A model generated the notes under the pieces. It was given only the letters and a program-made list of their open reading frames with translations, was not told the origin of the DNA and made no database searches. A stretch of DNA of 29,979 bases from a virus. Lineage: Duplodnaviria; Caudoviricetes. This document shows, in pieces, positions 1 to 10,800 of this stretch. The stretch lies in the IMG/VR virus record IMGVR_UViG_3300020044_002186, positions 1 through 29,979 of that record; one strand, given 5' to 3'. Each line of letters starts with the position of its first letter. The first letter of the stretch is position 1. A program made the position numbers and the translations under genes.

Positions 1-121
1 ATGGATGCAATCCGGTATGGGGTTTATACCAAATACAAAAATCGTTCTGATTTTTTTGTGGTTTAATTATGTATTTTTGAGAAAAAAAAGCAATACAAAT
101 GGCATCAATCATTGATACATT
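1..121. repeat. Terminal direct repeat, copy 1 (circular assembly overlap)
   Basis: Identical to 29859-29979; contains the TerL 3' end and the portal start. Confidence 0.97.
72..79 (+). promoter_or_regulatory. Bacteroidota-type -7 promoter box upstream of portal
   Basis: TATTTTTG matches TAnnTTTG, 19 nt before ATG 99. Confidence 0.55.
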
Positions 122-1466
122 CAAACAATCCATTGCCAAAGCATTATCAAGCGGCACAAACGAGGCATACAATAAACTGATATACACGTGGCTAGGCACG
201 AATATCATAATGAATGAGGACAATGATTCCACATACATTCGTGATGGTTATCAACGCAATGCAACCATTTATTCAATCATTAACCTGATTGTTAAGGCAG
301 CCACAACAATCCCTGTTTCTGTTTACCGTGTCACAAATGAAGGCACAGCAAAGCAATACAAAGCAATGACATCAGGTGTGATGGATGGCCCTGCAATTTA
401 CAAGGCCAACATATTACGCAAAAGAGCATTTGAAGAAATAAAAGATTCGGATTTAGAGGCATTATTGATGCGACCAAACCCGGCACAATCATTTTCAGCG
501 TGGTTAGGTGAAATCGTTGCATTCGGTAAATTAACCGGAAACCGTTACATTTACGGCATCGGGCCTGATTCAGGGCCAAATCAGGGTAAATTTACGGAGT
601 TGTACAATTTACCATCACAATTGGTTGAAATCGTTTCAGGCGGTGTAATGCAACCTGTGGCAGGATACAAAATCCAATATAATTCAATGATTGAGGTTGC
701 GCCAGAATATATTTGCCACATCAAAGATTTTAATCCGGATTACGACAGCAGCGGTTCAAACCTATATGGCCAATCACCTTTGCGTGCCGGCCTACGTGTT
801 TTATCGGCCAACAATGAAGCCGTGACCACCGGATTAAAATATTTACAGAATCAAACATCACGTGGTATGTTGATTTCAAAGGATGGAAATTTGACTGAGG
901 TGCAAGCACAGGCATTAAAAGACAAATTCAGAAAAAATTATCAGGGGGCAACAAACGCAGGTGATGTGATTATCACACCAAAGGATTTGAGTTGGGTTAA
1001 TTTTGGTTTGTCAGCATCTGATTTGTCATTAATTGAGCAATACAATGGAACGGTTAAGGATTTGTGTAATTTATACAACATCCCTGTGCAGTTGCTAAAC
1101 AACACAGATGCATCCACATACAATAATATGAAGGAGGCTAAAAAGGCATTATACCAAAATGCGGTGATTCCTGAATTGATCAAAATTCGTGATGAATTAA
1201 ACAGATGGTTAGCACCTAAATTTGGCAAAGAATATTTCATTGACTTTGATTTCACGGTAATAAGTGAAATGCAAGAGGAAGTGGATAAATTGGTGTCACA
1301 ATTAGCAGCAGCGTGGTGGGTTACACCAAACGAGAAACGTGATGCAATGAATTACGCTACGGATAAAGAAAATGCATTTATGGATGACTATTTTATCCCG
1401 GCTAATTTAATGGCACAGAATCCAACAATGCCGGCATTGGAAAATCCAAAGCCATTAAACGTTTAG
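99..1466 (+). CDS. Phage portal protein (HK97 family)
   Basis: 455 aa; motifs LLMRPNP, GNRY, HIKDFNP..YGQSPL, YNIPVQLL, TPNEKR; follows TerL on the circle. Confidence 0.93.
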   Translation: MASIIDTFKQSIAKALSSGTNEAYNKLIYTWLGTNIIMNEDNDSTYIRDGYQRNATIYSIINLIVKAATTIPVSVYRVTNEGTAKQYKAMTSGVMDGPAIYKANILRKRAFEEIKDSDLEALLMRPNPAQSFSAWLGEIVAFGKLTGNRYIYGIGPDSGPNQGKFTELYNLPSQLVEIVSGGVMQPVAGYKIQYNSMIEVAPEYICHIKDFNPDYDSSGSNLYGQSPLRAGLRVLSANNEAVTTGLKYLQNQTSRGMLISKDGNLTEVQAQALKDKFRKNYQGATNAGDVIITPKDLSWVNFGLSASDLSLIEQYNGTVKDLCNLYNIPVQLLNNTDASTYNNMKEAKKALYQNAVIPELIKIRDELNRWLAPKFGKEYFIDFDFTVISEMQEEVDKLVSQLAAAWWVTPNEKRDAMNYATDKENAFMDDYFIPANLMAQNPTMPALENPKPLNV

Positions 1467-1469
1467 TTT

Positions 1470-2522
1470 ATGCCATTGCCAAATCCACAGGAAGGTGAAA
1501 GCCGGAATGATTTTATGGGCCGTTGTGTCATTGATCCTAATATTATCAATGATTTTGATACCATTGAACAGCGTGTTGCAGTTTGTAGCACGTTATTTGA
1601 TCCACAGAAAGAAACAAAGGCGCAGAAAGATTGGGAGAATGATTTTGAAAACCAATTGACCAAAGCAGAACGCACATCAGTTCGTGATTTCACGGAGTTT
1701 TACAAGGCCGAATACAATGATGCCATTGACCTTTATTTAAAGGTTAAGCAGATGACACCGGCAACAGCACAGGGCTTTTTTCAGGACAGCAAATATGTTG
1801 GAATGTATGAGCAAATGTATTCCAAAATCGGTTTGCAATTTGCAAATTGGTATTCCAGAAACGTTCAAAAATATATGCCAAAAGCCGATCCGGCTAATAT
1901 GCAATCAATTTGGGCCAACGCATTTGCATTTATGGGAAATCAAGTTGCAGGGCAACGTGTCACGTTAGTATCGGCAACAGCACAGGCAACATTGACAAAT
2001 ACAATTCGCCAATTTATGACCGATCCTGTTTTTCAATCAGCCGGTGAAGTGGTGCAATCAAAAATGTTGCGACAAAAATTTGATGGGTTGGCTGATTATC
2101 AAGCACGTAGGATTGTTCGAACGGAGGCAACAAATGCCGCCAATTATGCAACGGAACAAGCAGCAGTCAATTTGTTTGCCGGTCAGGATTTAACGAAAAC
2201 GTGGCGATCTGGATTTGATGCACGTGTTCGTGATGCACACAGGGCAGCCAATGGACAGGTTGTGCCATTTAATAGTAAATTTTCGGTTGGTGGTGAATCA
2301 TTACAAAGACCGGGCGATCCTAATGGTTCAGCAAGCAACGTAATCAATTGCCGTTGTTCAATGATTGTATTGCCGATAGAGGGAGCAAATACAATTGGCA
2401 CACCAATTACTGATTTAGGATTTGGAATTGCACAGGCAACCATAATTGATGCAATAAATAGTGCTGAAATAATAACAGGTGCAACAGGTGCAATTGTGGC
2501 TGAGGAAAATTTGGGCGGATAA
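1470..2522 (+). CDS. Head morphogenesis / minor capsid protein (SPP1 gp7 / Mu gpF-like)
   Basis: ARRIVRTE, KTW...DARVRDAH, PGDP...NVINCRC motifs; sits between portal and protease. Confidence 0.88.
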   Translation: MPLPNPQEGESRNDFMGRCVIDPNIINDFDTIEQRVAVCSTLFDPQKETKAQKDWENDFENQLTKAERTSVRDFTEFYKAEYNDAIDLYLKVKQMTPATAQGFFQDSKYVGMYEQMYSKIGLQFANWYSRNVQKYMPKADPANMQSIWANAFAFMGNQVAGQRVTLVSATAQATLTNTIRQFMTDPVFQSAGEVVQSKMLRQKFDGLADYQARRIVRTEATNAANYATEQAAVNLFAGQDLTKTWRSGFDARVRDAHRAANGQVVPFNSKFSVGGESLQRPGDPNGSASNVINCRCSMIVLPIEGANTIGTPITDLGFGIAQATIIDAINSAEIITGATGAIVAEENLGG

Positions 2523-2545
2523 AATTAATTTTTGTATTCCATTTT

Positions 2546-2571
2546 CTAATTAGCAATTTGACTAATTTTGA
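2546..2571 (+). promoter_or_regulatory. Promoter (-7 box TAATTTTG at 2563-2570) with overlapping inverted repeat
   Basis: CTAATTAG-N8-CTAATTTTGA; the same motif occurs at 18948-18973. Confidence 0.65.
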
Positions 2572-2585
2572 GCAAAAGAAAGGTT

Positions 2586-3269
2586 ATGATTTACAAACAA
2601 ACATCCATTGGGATTGATGACATAGATGAGGCAAACGGTATTGTTTCTGGATATGGTTCAATTTTCGGCAATATTGATTCAGACAATGACATCATTTTGC
2701 AAGGTGCATACACCAAAACATTATCTGAAAACGGATCACGTGTAAGATATTGCAACCAACACAGAATTGATCAGCCATTAGGTAAATTCACAGAATTACG
2801 TGAGGATGGCACAGGATTGTATTTTGTTGCGGAAGTTCCAAAAACAAGAATGGGTGAGGATATTTTGTTGTTGATGAAAAATGGTGTGATCACGGAAAAT
2901 TCCGTTGGTATTATGCCAATTGTAAAGAATTACAGACAGGATGGTGTGCGTGAATTGAAAGAGGTGAAGTTGTACGAAATTTCGTGCGTTACATTAGCCG
3001 CAAACCCAATGGCATTGATTACCGATGCAAAAGGTGAAATTGATCAAAATTTATTGGCAAAACGTTTCGATGTTTTAGCCAAAATGATAAAGAAAGAAAA
3101 CGTATCCGATGAATTAGGGTATGCAATCGAAGGTGAGTTGATGAAATTGAAATCATTGTTTATTGATGTAACCACACGGCCGGCAGAAATTGTCACCGTG
3201 CCGGAAGTTAAACAGGTGGAGATTTCCGAAATATTTTCATATTTAAACAAACAAATTAAGTCAAAATAA
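2586..3269 (+). CDS. HK97-family prohead protease
   Basis: GYGSIFGNID, NQH...PLG, SVG, LYEISCVTLAANP; ATG 2586 preferred over TTG 2568, which lies in the promoter box. Confidence 0.92.
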   Translation: MIYKQTSIGIDDIDEANGIVSGYGSIFGNIDSDNDIILQGAYTKTLSENGSRVRYCNQHRIDQPLGKFTELREDGTGLYFVAEVPKTRMGEDILLLMKNGVITENSVGIMPIVKNYRQDGVRELKEVKLYEISCVTLAANPMALITDAKGEIDQNLLAKRFDVLAKMIKKENVSDELGYAIEGELMKLKSLFIDVTTRPAEIVTVPEVKQVEISEIFSYLNKQIKSK

Positions 3270-3270
3270 G

Positions 3271-4467
3271 ATGACAGAAGAAATCAAAAATCAATTAGAT
3301 GAATTAAATTCAGCTATTGATAGCCGTATCGCAAAAGCGGAAGGCCAAGCAGTTGCATCAGCAACAGGAAAAGCGGATGAATTATTAAAATCCGAAATCA
3401 AGAATTTAGAAACTAAATTCACAGAAATCCACAGCCGTATTGATGCAGCAGAGGTTGCAGCAAAAAAAACAGCATCAGGAGCAAACGCGCAATCATTCAA
3501 ACAATCTTTGATTGATGGTATCACAAAGGGTGGTTTAGATGGTTTAGTAAATGGCAATAGCCGTTCAGCTAAATTTGAAATCAAAGCAGGTGATATGACC
3601 GTTGCAAACAATTTCACAGGTGAGGTTATCCCTGCGCAATATGTTCCGGGTATCAAATACGATCCAACGCGTCCTGTACACGTTCGTCAATTATTGCCAC
3701 AAGGTTCAACAACATCTGAGGTTGTTCGTTACGTACGTGAAACAGCATACGACAATGGTGCAGCAACACGTGCGCAAGGTTCAACATTGGGAGAATCAGA
3801 TTTTGATCTTTCAGCAATCGATGCAAACGTTCAGAAAATCGGTACTTATTTCCGTATTTCTGAGGAAATGTTAGCAGATACACCACAGCTAACATCTTAT
3901 TTAGCAGCACGTGCGCCGGGTAAATTGTTATCAGTTGAAGATACACAATTGCTTTATGGTAACGGTACTGCACCAAACATCAGCGGTATTTCTACATCAG
4001 GTGCAACAGCATTCGCAGCAGGTGCATTTGCGGACACGATTACAGCGGCAAACCAATTTGACGTTTTAACCGTAGCAATCAACCAATTGGCATTGTCTAA
4101 TTACCGTCCTGATTACATTATGTTGAACCCAACAGATTTTTCTAAAATCTTGTTATTAAAGGCAACAACAAATGAATACTTGCAAGAGCAAGCCTATATG
4201 GGATTACAGCCACAATTCTTAGGAGTTCCGGTTGTATTAAACACAGCAATCACAGCAGGAACATACCTTGTTGGAAACTTTGCATTAGGAACACAAATGT
4301 GGGTGCGTGAGAATCTTTCATTGGAATTTTTCCGTGAGGATGGAACAAACGTACGTGATGGTTTCGTGACCGTTCGTTTGGTTGAAAGAATTGCATTAAC
4401 TAACTACGCACCATTAGCAATTGTTAAGGGTGTATTTGCAACGGACATCGCTGCAATCGGAGTTTAG
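3271..4467 (+). CDS. Major capsid protein (HK97 fold)
   Basis: 398 aa; N-terminal coiled-coil delta domain, ISEEMLAD, LLYGNG, LGVPVV. Confidence 0.93.
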   Translation: MTEEIKNQLDELNSAIDSRIAKAEGQAVASATGKADELLKSEIKNLETKFTEIHSRIDAAEVAAKKTASGANAQSFKQSLIDGITKGGLDGLVNGNSRSAKFEIKAGDMTVANNFTGEVIPAQYVPGIKYDPTRPVHVRQLLPQGSTTSEVVRYVRETAYDNGAATRAQGSTLGESDFDLSAIDANVQKIGTYFRISEEMLADTPQLTSYLAARAPGKLLSVEDTQLLYGNGTAPNISGISTSGATAFAAGAFADTITAANQFDVLTVAINQLALSNYRPDYIMLNPTDFSKILLLKATTNEYLQEQAYMGLQPQFLGVPVVLNTAITAGTYLVGNFALGTQMWVRENLSLEFFREDGTNVRDGFVTVRLVERIALTNYAPLAIVKGVFATDIAAIGV

Positions 4468-4487
4468 TTTTAACGCTAATCTAAATT

Positions 4488-4526
4488 AAAAGAAAGCCAC
4501 CTAAAATTTGGGTGGCTTTTCTTTTT
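4488..4526 (+). terminator. Rho-independent terminator after capsid gene
   Basis: AAAGCCACCTA/TGGGTGGCTTT stem followed by a T-run. Confidence 0.85.
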
Positions 4527-4533
4527 ATATTTG
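4526..4533 (+). promoter_or_regulatory. -7 promoter box for the neck/lysis genes
   Basis: TATATTTG directly after the terminator, 19 nt before ATG 4553. Confidence 0.6.
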
Positions 4534-4552
4534 TTCAAAAAATAGCACAATT

Positions 4553-4813
4553 ATGGGCAAAGTTTTAATGAAAAAAACGGTATTTGATAACAAATCAGGA
4601 TACCACAAAGCCGGTGAAATTGTAACGGTTTCGGATCACGTTGAAAGACATTATTTGTCGCACAATTATGCAGTTAAACCAGAGGAAGAAACACCGATTG
4701 TTGAAATTGCAGAAACCAAAGTGGAGGCCGTAGAGGTTGAAACCAAAGAGGAAAAAATAGTTTACAAGACAAAAGGCAACAAAGCAAAAAAGGATGCGGC
4801 AGATCAAGATTAA
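4553..4813 (+). CDS. Small post-capsid hypothetical protein (86 aa)
   Basis: ATG with A-rich leader; HKAGEIVTV motif and acidic/basic tail typical of small genes after the capsid gene. Confidence 0.7.
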   Translation: MGKVLMKKTVFDNKSGYHKAGEIVTVSDHVERHYLSHNYAVKPEEETPIVEIAETKVEAVEVETKEEKIVYKTKGNKAKKDAADQD

Positions 4814-5303
4814 TGATGTAATTGGTGTTCCAATTATTTCACGTGCAGATGCAAAAAATTACATCCGTATTGATACAACGGCAGATGATACGTTGATTGA
4901 TATGATGATTGAGGCAGCGCACACAGCGGCTGAAAATTATATGAGCCGGGATATTATCGCAAAGGAACGCACATATTATTTGGATTATTCTGATTCAGGT
5001 TTTATTGATGTTCCATTTGGGCCGGTGGCATCAGTTGATGATGTAACCGTGAAAGGCATTGCCGTATCATTTACCGTTTACGGATTAGGTGATCCAATTG
5101 TCGAAATTACCCCATTGGGATCAAACATTAAAATTGATTTCACAACGGAGGGAATGAATGATGGCCTATTGAAACAAGCATTGTTGATGATGGTTTCCAC
5201 ATATTATGATAATCGTACAGATTTCGTGACAGGAATGACCGTGAATGAAGTTCCAAGCGCATCCGCTAAATTATTGGATGGCATAAAATCTGTATTTATC
5301 TAA
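4794..5303 (+). CDS. Head-tail connector (gp6-like adaptor)
   Basis: AKNYIRID..ADDTLI..MIEAA, LKQALLMMVSTYYDNR. Confidence 0.88.
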   Translation: MRQIKINDVIGVPIISRADAKNYIRIDTTADDTLIDMMIEAAHTAAENYMSRDIIAKERTYYLDYSDSGFIDVPFGPVASVDDVTVKGIAVSFTVYGLGDPIVEITPLGSNIKIDFTTEGMNDGLLKQALLMMVSTYYDNRTDFVTGMTVNEVPSASAKLLDGIKSVFI

Positions 5304-5647
5304 TGGCAACAAGCAACAACGCATCAATTTTAAAACAACGGATTCTGATTAAACGTTTATCACGCACATCAGATGGATTTGGAGGCACAACACCGGGTGG
5401 ATATGTAACCATTGACACCGTATGGTGCAGGGTGCAGGAAACCAAAGGGCCTATTGATGAAAGAATGGGAATCAGGTTGAAATCAACGGAAATTGAAATT
5501 ACGATCCGAAAGGAAACGGCAGATTTGATTGCCAATGAGGATGTTTTGCAGGTTGAGGGATTTGCGGCTAATTATAGAATCAATTCCGGATTCCAAACGT
5601 TTGAGAATTTTTGGGTTAAAATGACAGCCACCAAAATTGAGGGATAA
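5303..5647 (+). CDS. Head closure / head-tail adaptor (SPP1 gp16-like)
   Basis: LKQRI....SDGFGG...TVWCRV motif; position in neck module. Confidence 0.8.
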   Translation: MATSNNASILKQRILIKRLSRTSDGFGGTTPGGYVTIDTVWCRVQETKGPIDERMGIRLKSTEIEITIRKETADLIANEDVLQVEGFAANYRINSGFQTFENFWVKMTATKIEG

Positions 5648-6093
5648 TGGCAAAGAAAAGCGGTGTTGATTCAAAGCAATTAGCCGATTTGCAAAATAAA
5701 ATTGAACAATTGGGCAAATTATCCAAACAGGAATTGTCTAATGAATTGGTAAAAACTGCAATGTTTGCAGTTGCAGGAATGAAAACTGATGCCCGACACG
5801 ACACCGGTAATTTGATAAATCAAACCGGATTCGAAAGGCAAAATGAAAATACGGTTGTTATTTTTTCACGTGCGCCATATGCGCCATATGTGGAATTTGG
5901 CACAGGTAGATTGGTAGATTTACAGCATTTAACAAAATTAGGATTCCCGGCATCTTATGCAATGCAATTCAAGGGTAAAGGGATCAAGAAAGTAAATTTG
6001 CCGGCACAGCCTTTTTTCTTTACAAATTTGCGTAAAGAATTGGGCGATTTAACAAACAGGTTAGAAACCAAAATTAAACAATTGACAAAATAA
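5647..6093 (+). CDS. HK97 gp10-family neck protein
   Basis: DTGNL, APYAPYVEFGT, PAQPFF. Confidence 0.85.
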   Translation: MAKKSGVDSKQLADLQNKIEQLGKLSKQELSNELVKTAMFAVAGMKTDARHDTGNLINQTGFERQNENTVVIFSRAPYAPYVEFGTGRLVDLQHLTKLGFPASYAMQFKGKGIKKVNLPAQPFFFTNLRKELGDLTNRLETKIKQLTK

Positions 6094-6533
6094 TGTTAGA
6101 ACCGATACAATTCATCCGTAAGGCAATCATCACACGTTTGACAAATAATGTGGTGATTGGTGGTGTGACATTTGGTGTTTATAACCGTGTGCCATCAACG
6201 GCATCGTTTCCATACATTTTGGTGTATTCTGTTTCATCTGATGAAACCGATTTTAATCAATCATCGTATATCACAGAAACAATCACACGGATTGAAGTGG
6301 TGACACGTTTCCAATCTGATTCAGGCGGTGAAATCACAGCCAACAGCGCAATCAATAGAATTTTAGAATTAATTAGAACACGATCAAACGGATATTTTGA
6401 TTTGTCTGCGGATGGATTCAATGTATTTACGTGCGTAAAGGAGTCATCAACGTACATTGTGGATGATGAACCAGATCACACGTATTTTCGTGGTATTGTA
6501 GAAATAAGCAACAAAATCCAACAAACAATTTAA
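6093..6533 (+). CDS. Putative tail terminator/completion protein (DUF3168-like)
   Basis: VYNRVP...FPYILV motif; position after gp10. Confidence 0.72.
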   Translation: MLEPIQFIRKAIITRLTNNVVIGGVTFGVYNRVPSTASFPYILVYSVSSDETDFNQSSYITETITRIEVVTRFQSDSGGEITANSAINRILELIRTRSNGYFDLSADGFNVFTCVKESSTYIVDDEPDHTYFRGIVEISNKIQQTI

Positions 6534-6534
6534 A

Positions 6535-6822
6535 ATGGAATTAAGGGATGCCATTATTGGCCTAGCATCATCATCAGTCACGGCATTTATATCGTGGATA
6601 TTAGGGAAACGCAAAGAAAATGCGGACATCAGTACAATACAATTAGAAAATTCCCAACGTGTGATTGATATGGTTACCCAAATGAATGAAAAGTTGGAGG
6701 CAAAGGTTGATCAATTGAGCAAAAAGGTTGATGAATTAACGGTTGAAATTGAAAACCTGCGTGAAGAAAATCACAAATTAAAGCACGGAAAACCTGTAAA
6801 AAAGAAAGAGGAAAACGAATAA
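6535..6822 (+). CDS. Membrane-anchored coiled-coil protein, candidate holin
   Basis: One N-terminal hydrophobic helix plus a heptad coiled coil; overlaps the endolysin start. Confidence 0.5.
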   Translation: MELRDAIIGLASSSVTAFISWILGKRKENADISTIQLENSQRVIDMVTQMNEKLEAKVDQLSKKVDELTVEIENLREENHKLKHGKPVKKKEENE

Positions 6823-7310
6823 TGAAAGATCAAATCACATTGGACAGAATCAAATTGATGCACCCAAAATTGCGTGCGGAAGTTGCGATAATTTACGATG
6901 AAATTGTGAACGCATTAAGAGGCAAAGCATTTTGCAGATTTACGCACACATTGCGCACATTTAAGGAACAAGAGGCAATATATGCACAGGGCAGAACAAA
7001 GCCCGGCCCAATCGTTTCAAAGGCAAAACCGGGATTAAGTTTACACAATTACGGATTGGCAATTGACATCGTTTTGATTGATGGCAAATCTGTTTCGTGG
7101 GATATGAAAAAGGATTTTGATGGGGATGGCAAAGCAGATTGGATGGAGGTTGTGGCCGTGTTTAAAAAATACGGTTGGGAATGGGGTGGTGATTGGAAAA
7201 AATTTCCAGATGCGCCACATTTTCAAAAAGCATTTGGAAAAACACCATCGCAATATTTTGCAATGTGGAATGCTAAAAAAGTGGATGCAGATGGGTATGT
7301 GATTTTGTAG
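6822..7310 (+). CDS. Endolysin, M15-family (L-Ala-D-Glu-type) peptidase
   Basis: LRT..EQ..IYAQGRT, SLHNYGLAID, WGGDW..FPDAPHFQ. Confidence 0.9.
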   Translation: MKDQITLDRIKLMHPKLRAEVAIIYDEIVNALRGKAFCRFTHTLRTFKEQEAIYAQGRTKPGPIVSKAKPGLSLHNYGLAIDIVLIDGKSVSWDMKKDFDGDGKADWMEVVAVFKKYGWEWGGDWKKFPDAPHFQKAFGKTPSQYFAMWNAKKVDADGYVIL

Positions 7311-7371
7311 GTATATTTAAACGCATATAAAATCCAACAAATCATTGTAATGATATTCAAAAGCATATAAA

Positions 7372-7821
7372 ATGAAAAAATACCTAATCATTGCCATCGT
7401 TTTGTTTGCAAGTTGCAAACCATCAAAAACAATCATCAAAGAAAACACGATTGTAAAATACGACACGATCCACACATCGGATGTGATTTATAAAACAAAG
7501 GCAATCCGTGATTCAATTATCATCGAAAATCCGTGCGATTCTGCCGGCATTTTAACGACCTTTTATTCCAAATTTGTAATACCACAGGGATCAATCACTT
7601 TGCGTTCAGCACAGGGCAGAATTGAGGCTAAAATCGACATTGATTCAATCGAATCTGTGTACAAATCCAAATACCAATTGTCAAAATCGGACAATGTTCG
7701 AATTTCGAACAAAGAGGTGATCAGAAATGTTGTTCCTGCGTGGGCCATTATCACCATCTTTTTTGAATCGGTCATCATTATCGGATACGTGTTTTATAAA
7801 TTGAGGCTATTTATTTTTTAA
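7372..7821 (+). CDS. Putative unimolecular spanin (lipoprotein with C-terminal TM helix)
   Basis: Lipobox LFASC (Cys15) and C-terminal hydrophobic segment VVPAWAIITIFFESVIIIGYVFY; follows the endolysin. Confidence 0.65.
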   Translation: MKKYLIIAIVLFASCKPSKTIIKENTIVKYDTIHTSDVIYKTKAIRDSIIIENPCDSAGILTTFYSKFVIPQGSITLRSAQGRIEAKIDIDSIESVYKSKYQLSKSDNVRISNKEVIRNVVPAWAIITIFFESVIIIGYVFYKLRLFIF

Positions 7822-7847
7822 CTTGCATTAAATTAAGCAGGTAAAAA

Positions 7848-10800
7848 ATGGCATCATTAACCGGGAATTTGGTTGCGGAAACCTATAAAGCATTATTAAA
7901 AACCATTGATAATGACATCCTAACAGCAAGCGAAAAGCAAATCACAGACGGATTGGGGGGTGGATCAAATGTTTTCATTGATTCAAATGGGTTTTTAAGG
8001 GCCAACAAATACAAAGTCACAAACGGATTAGCCACGCAATTTTTAAAGGCCGATGGATCATTGGATGCAAATGCATATTTGACATCCATAACAGGTGCGC
8101 AGGTGATTACGGCATTAGGGTACACACCGGTGACAAATGCACGTACATTGACAATCAATGGCACAACGTATGATTTAACTGCAAACAGATCGTGGACGGT
8201 CGCAGGAACGGCAGCCGTGTGGGGTAATATTACCGGCACATTGTCCAATCAAACAGATTTACAAACGGCATTAAATGCCAAATTCAATAATCCAACCGGT
8301 ACAATTTCACAATACATTCGTGGCGATGGTTCATTGGCTACATTCCCAACATTACCGGGAGGTTTGCCAATAGGTGGAACAGCAGGTCAAATTTTGGCCA
8401 AAATTGATGCAACTGATTACAATACCCATTGGATTGATAATTTTGCCACACAAACCAAAAATGAGGTCAAATTAGGACAGACATTGGCCAAAGGAACAGC
8501 GGTTTACGTTTCATCAGCTAATGGAACTAATATGATTGTTTCGGCTGCATCAAATGCATCTGAAAATTTATCATCAAAAACGTTTGGTTTACTTGAAACC
8601 GGTGGTGCAACAAATGATTTCGTTAAATGCGTGACATTTGGTTTGATTGCCGGTTTGGATACATCAACAGCAACAGCCGGTGATCCGGTTTGGTTGGGTG
8701 TAAATGGAGCATTATTGTTTGGTGTTGCCAACAAACCTGTTGCGCCGGCTAATATGGTTTATATTGGGGTTGTGACACGTGTACAATCAAACAATGGTGA
8801 AATCTTTGTAAACGTTCAAAATGGTTTTGAAATTGAGGAATTGCACGATGTGTTAATTACAAGCAAAGCTAATAATCAAGGTTTATTTTATGAATCATCC
8901 ACAGGATTGTGGAAAAATAAAAGCATCGCAACGGTGTTGGGTTACACACCACAGGCGCAATTGAATGGCACAGGGTTTGTAAAGGCATCAGGTACGACAA
9001 TATCGTATGATAATTCAACGTATTTGACCACAGCGGATGCAGCAAGTACATACCAAAGATTAGACAGAATGGCCATTAACTTGCTTGCAAGTGACATTCA
9101 ATACCCTAATAACAATGCAGTAATTGCAGCATTAGCATTGAAAGCAAATGCGGCAAATCCTGTATTTACAGGTAATATGACAATTTCAGGTGCAGAACCA
9201 AAATTGTTTTTTACCGATACAGATAATAATCCAGATTACACAGTTTTCATTGATTCGGGTGTATTTTATATATACGATCAAACAGCCGGAACAACACGTT
9301 TTTCAATTAGTTCAACCGGTAATATCAGCGCAGGGGTTGGAAAATCAATTACAGCAGGATCATTTGTAAAAGAAAGCGGATTAGCAACGCAGTTTTTGAA
9401 AGCAGATGGATCAATCGATTCAAGCACATATGTGACATCAACAGCATTGGCTGATTATTTATTAATTACAACAGCGGCATCAACATATCAGCGATTAGAT
9501 AGAATTGCATCATCATTATTTGCAAGTGCAACAAATTATCCAAATAATAATGCAGTCATTGCCGGATTGGCTTTAAAAGCGGATGCCGCAAATCCTGTAT
9601 TTACAGGATCAATGAACATTCAAGGGTTGGAATCAAGAATCAATTTTTATGATGAAAACAATTTAAGAAAGTTTTTTATTGGTTATAGTTCGGGGCAATT
9701 ATCAATATATCAGGATGCAGGATCAGCAACAAGATTCCAAATAAATTCAAGCGGAAACATAACAACAGGAGTTAATAATACAATTACATCTTGGGGGTTT
9801 ATCAGATCGGGTGGAACATCAAGTCAATATTTAATGGCTGATGGATCGGTTTCAACATTGACAAATCCGGTGACAGGAACAGGAACAACAAATTATTTGC
9901 CAAAATTTACAGGTGCAAGTACAATAGGGAATAGTACAATTTTTGATAATGGAACAAGTGTTGGAATTGGAACAGCTACACCAACAGATAAATTAGATAT
10001 TAGTGGAGTATTAAGAGTAGTATTTCCAAATGATCCATTAACAGGGGCTATTACTGCAAAAATATTGTCATTTTCTCCAAATCCATATGGTTTGATTTTT
10101 AGGGGATATGCATCAGGTACGCATTCAATTCAATCGCAAAGGGAATCAAATAATGCACAATTATTTGGTTTATCATTGCAGCCGGAAGGTGGAAATGTAT
10201 TAATAGGAACATTAACCGATTCAGGTATTAAATTAGATGTAAATGGTACAGGTAGATTTAGCGGAAATTTAAGTGGAACAAGTGTTAATTTTACAAGTGG
10301 TAATTTTAGCAGCACTGTGACAACAACAAAAGTGCAAATTAATGGAGGTACAACCACCGAATTTGTTTTGGGCTTAAATTCAAATTCCACCTTTGCATTT
10401 GGATCAACAAATGGTCGTAGAGCAGCAATATTTGCACACGAAACAATTGGTGATTCAGGTTTGCAATTTGGATGGGATACAACAGACAAAACAGGAATCA
10501 TTGCAGGATCAGCAAATGTTACAGGTGCAGGAATTGATTTTTATACATTTAATGGTAGTTCGTGGGCAAATAGGGCTAGAATAACAAAAGATGGAAATTT
10601 AGGAATTGGAACAAACGCACCAACAGGAACATACGGAAAATTATCTGTTGCAGGTGGAATTAGTTTATTAAATGACAATAGCGGTAAATTAGAAATTGGT
10701 AGATATTCGCCCGGCTATTCAAATTCTTATATTAAATTAGGTTCATCCTCAAATGCTTTAAATATTACTGATAATGCAGACCAATTTGATATTTTTACTA

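Noticed and set aside
1-121. 121-bp repeat as a biological terminal repeat or att site
   Set aside because: It is an exact copy that cuts through TerL and portal coding sequence, as expected for an assembler overlap on a circular contig
7323-7373. GCATATAAAAT direct repeat between endolysin and spanin
   Set aside because: Only two copies of an AT-rich 11-mer, with no other support
9021-9860. Tail fibre repeats as a diversity-generating retroelement TR/VR pair
   Set aside because: No reverse transcriptase gene; differences are not adenine-specific; both copies are in-frame coding
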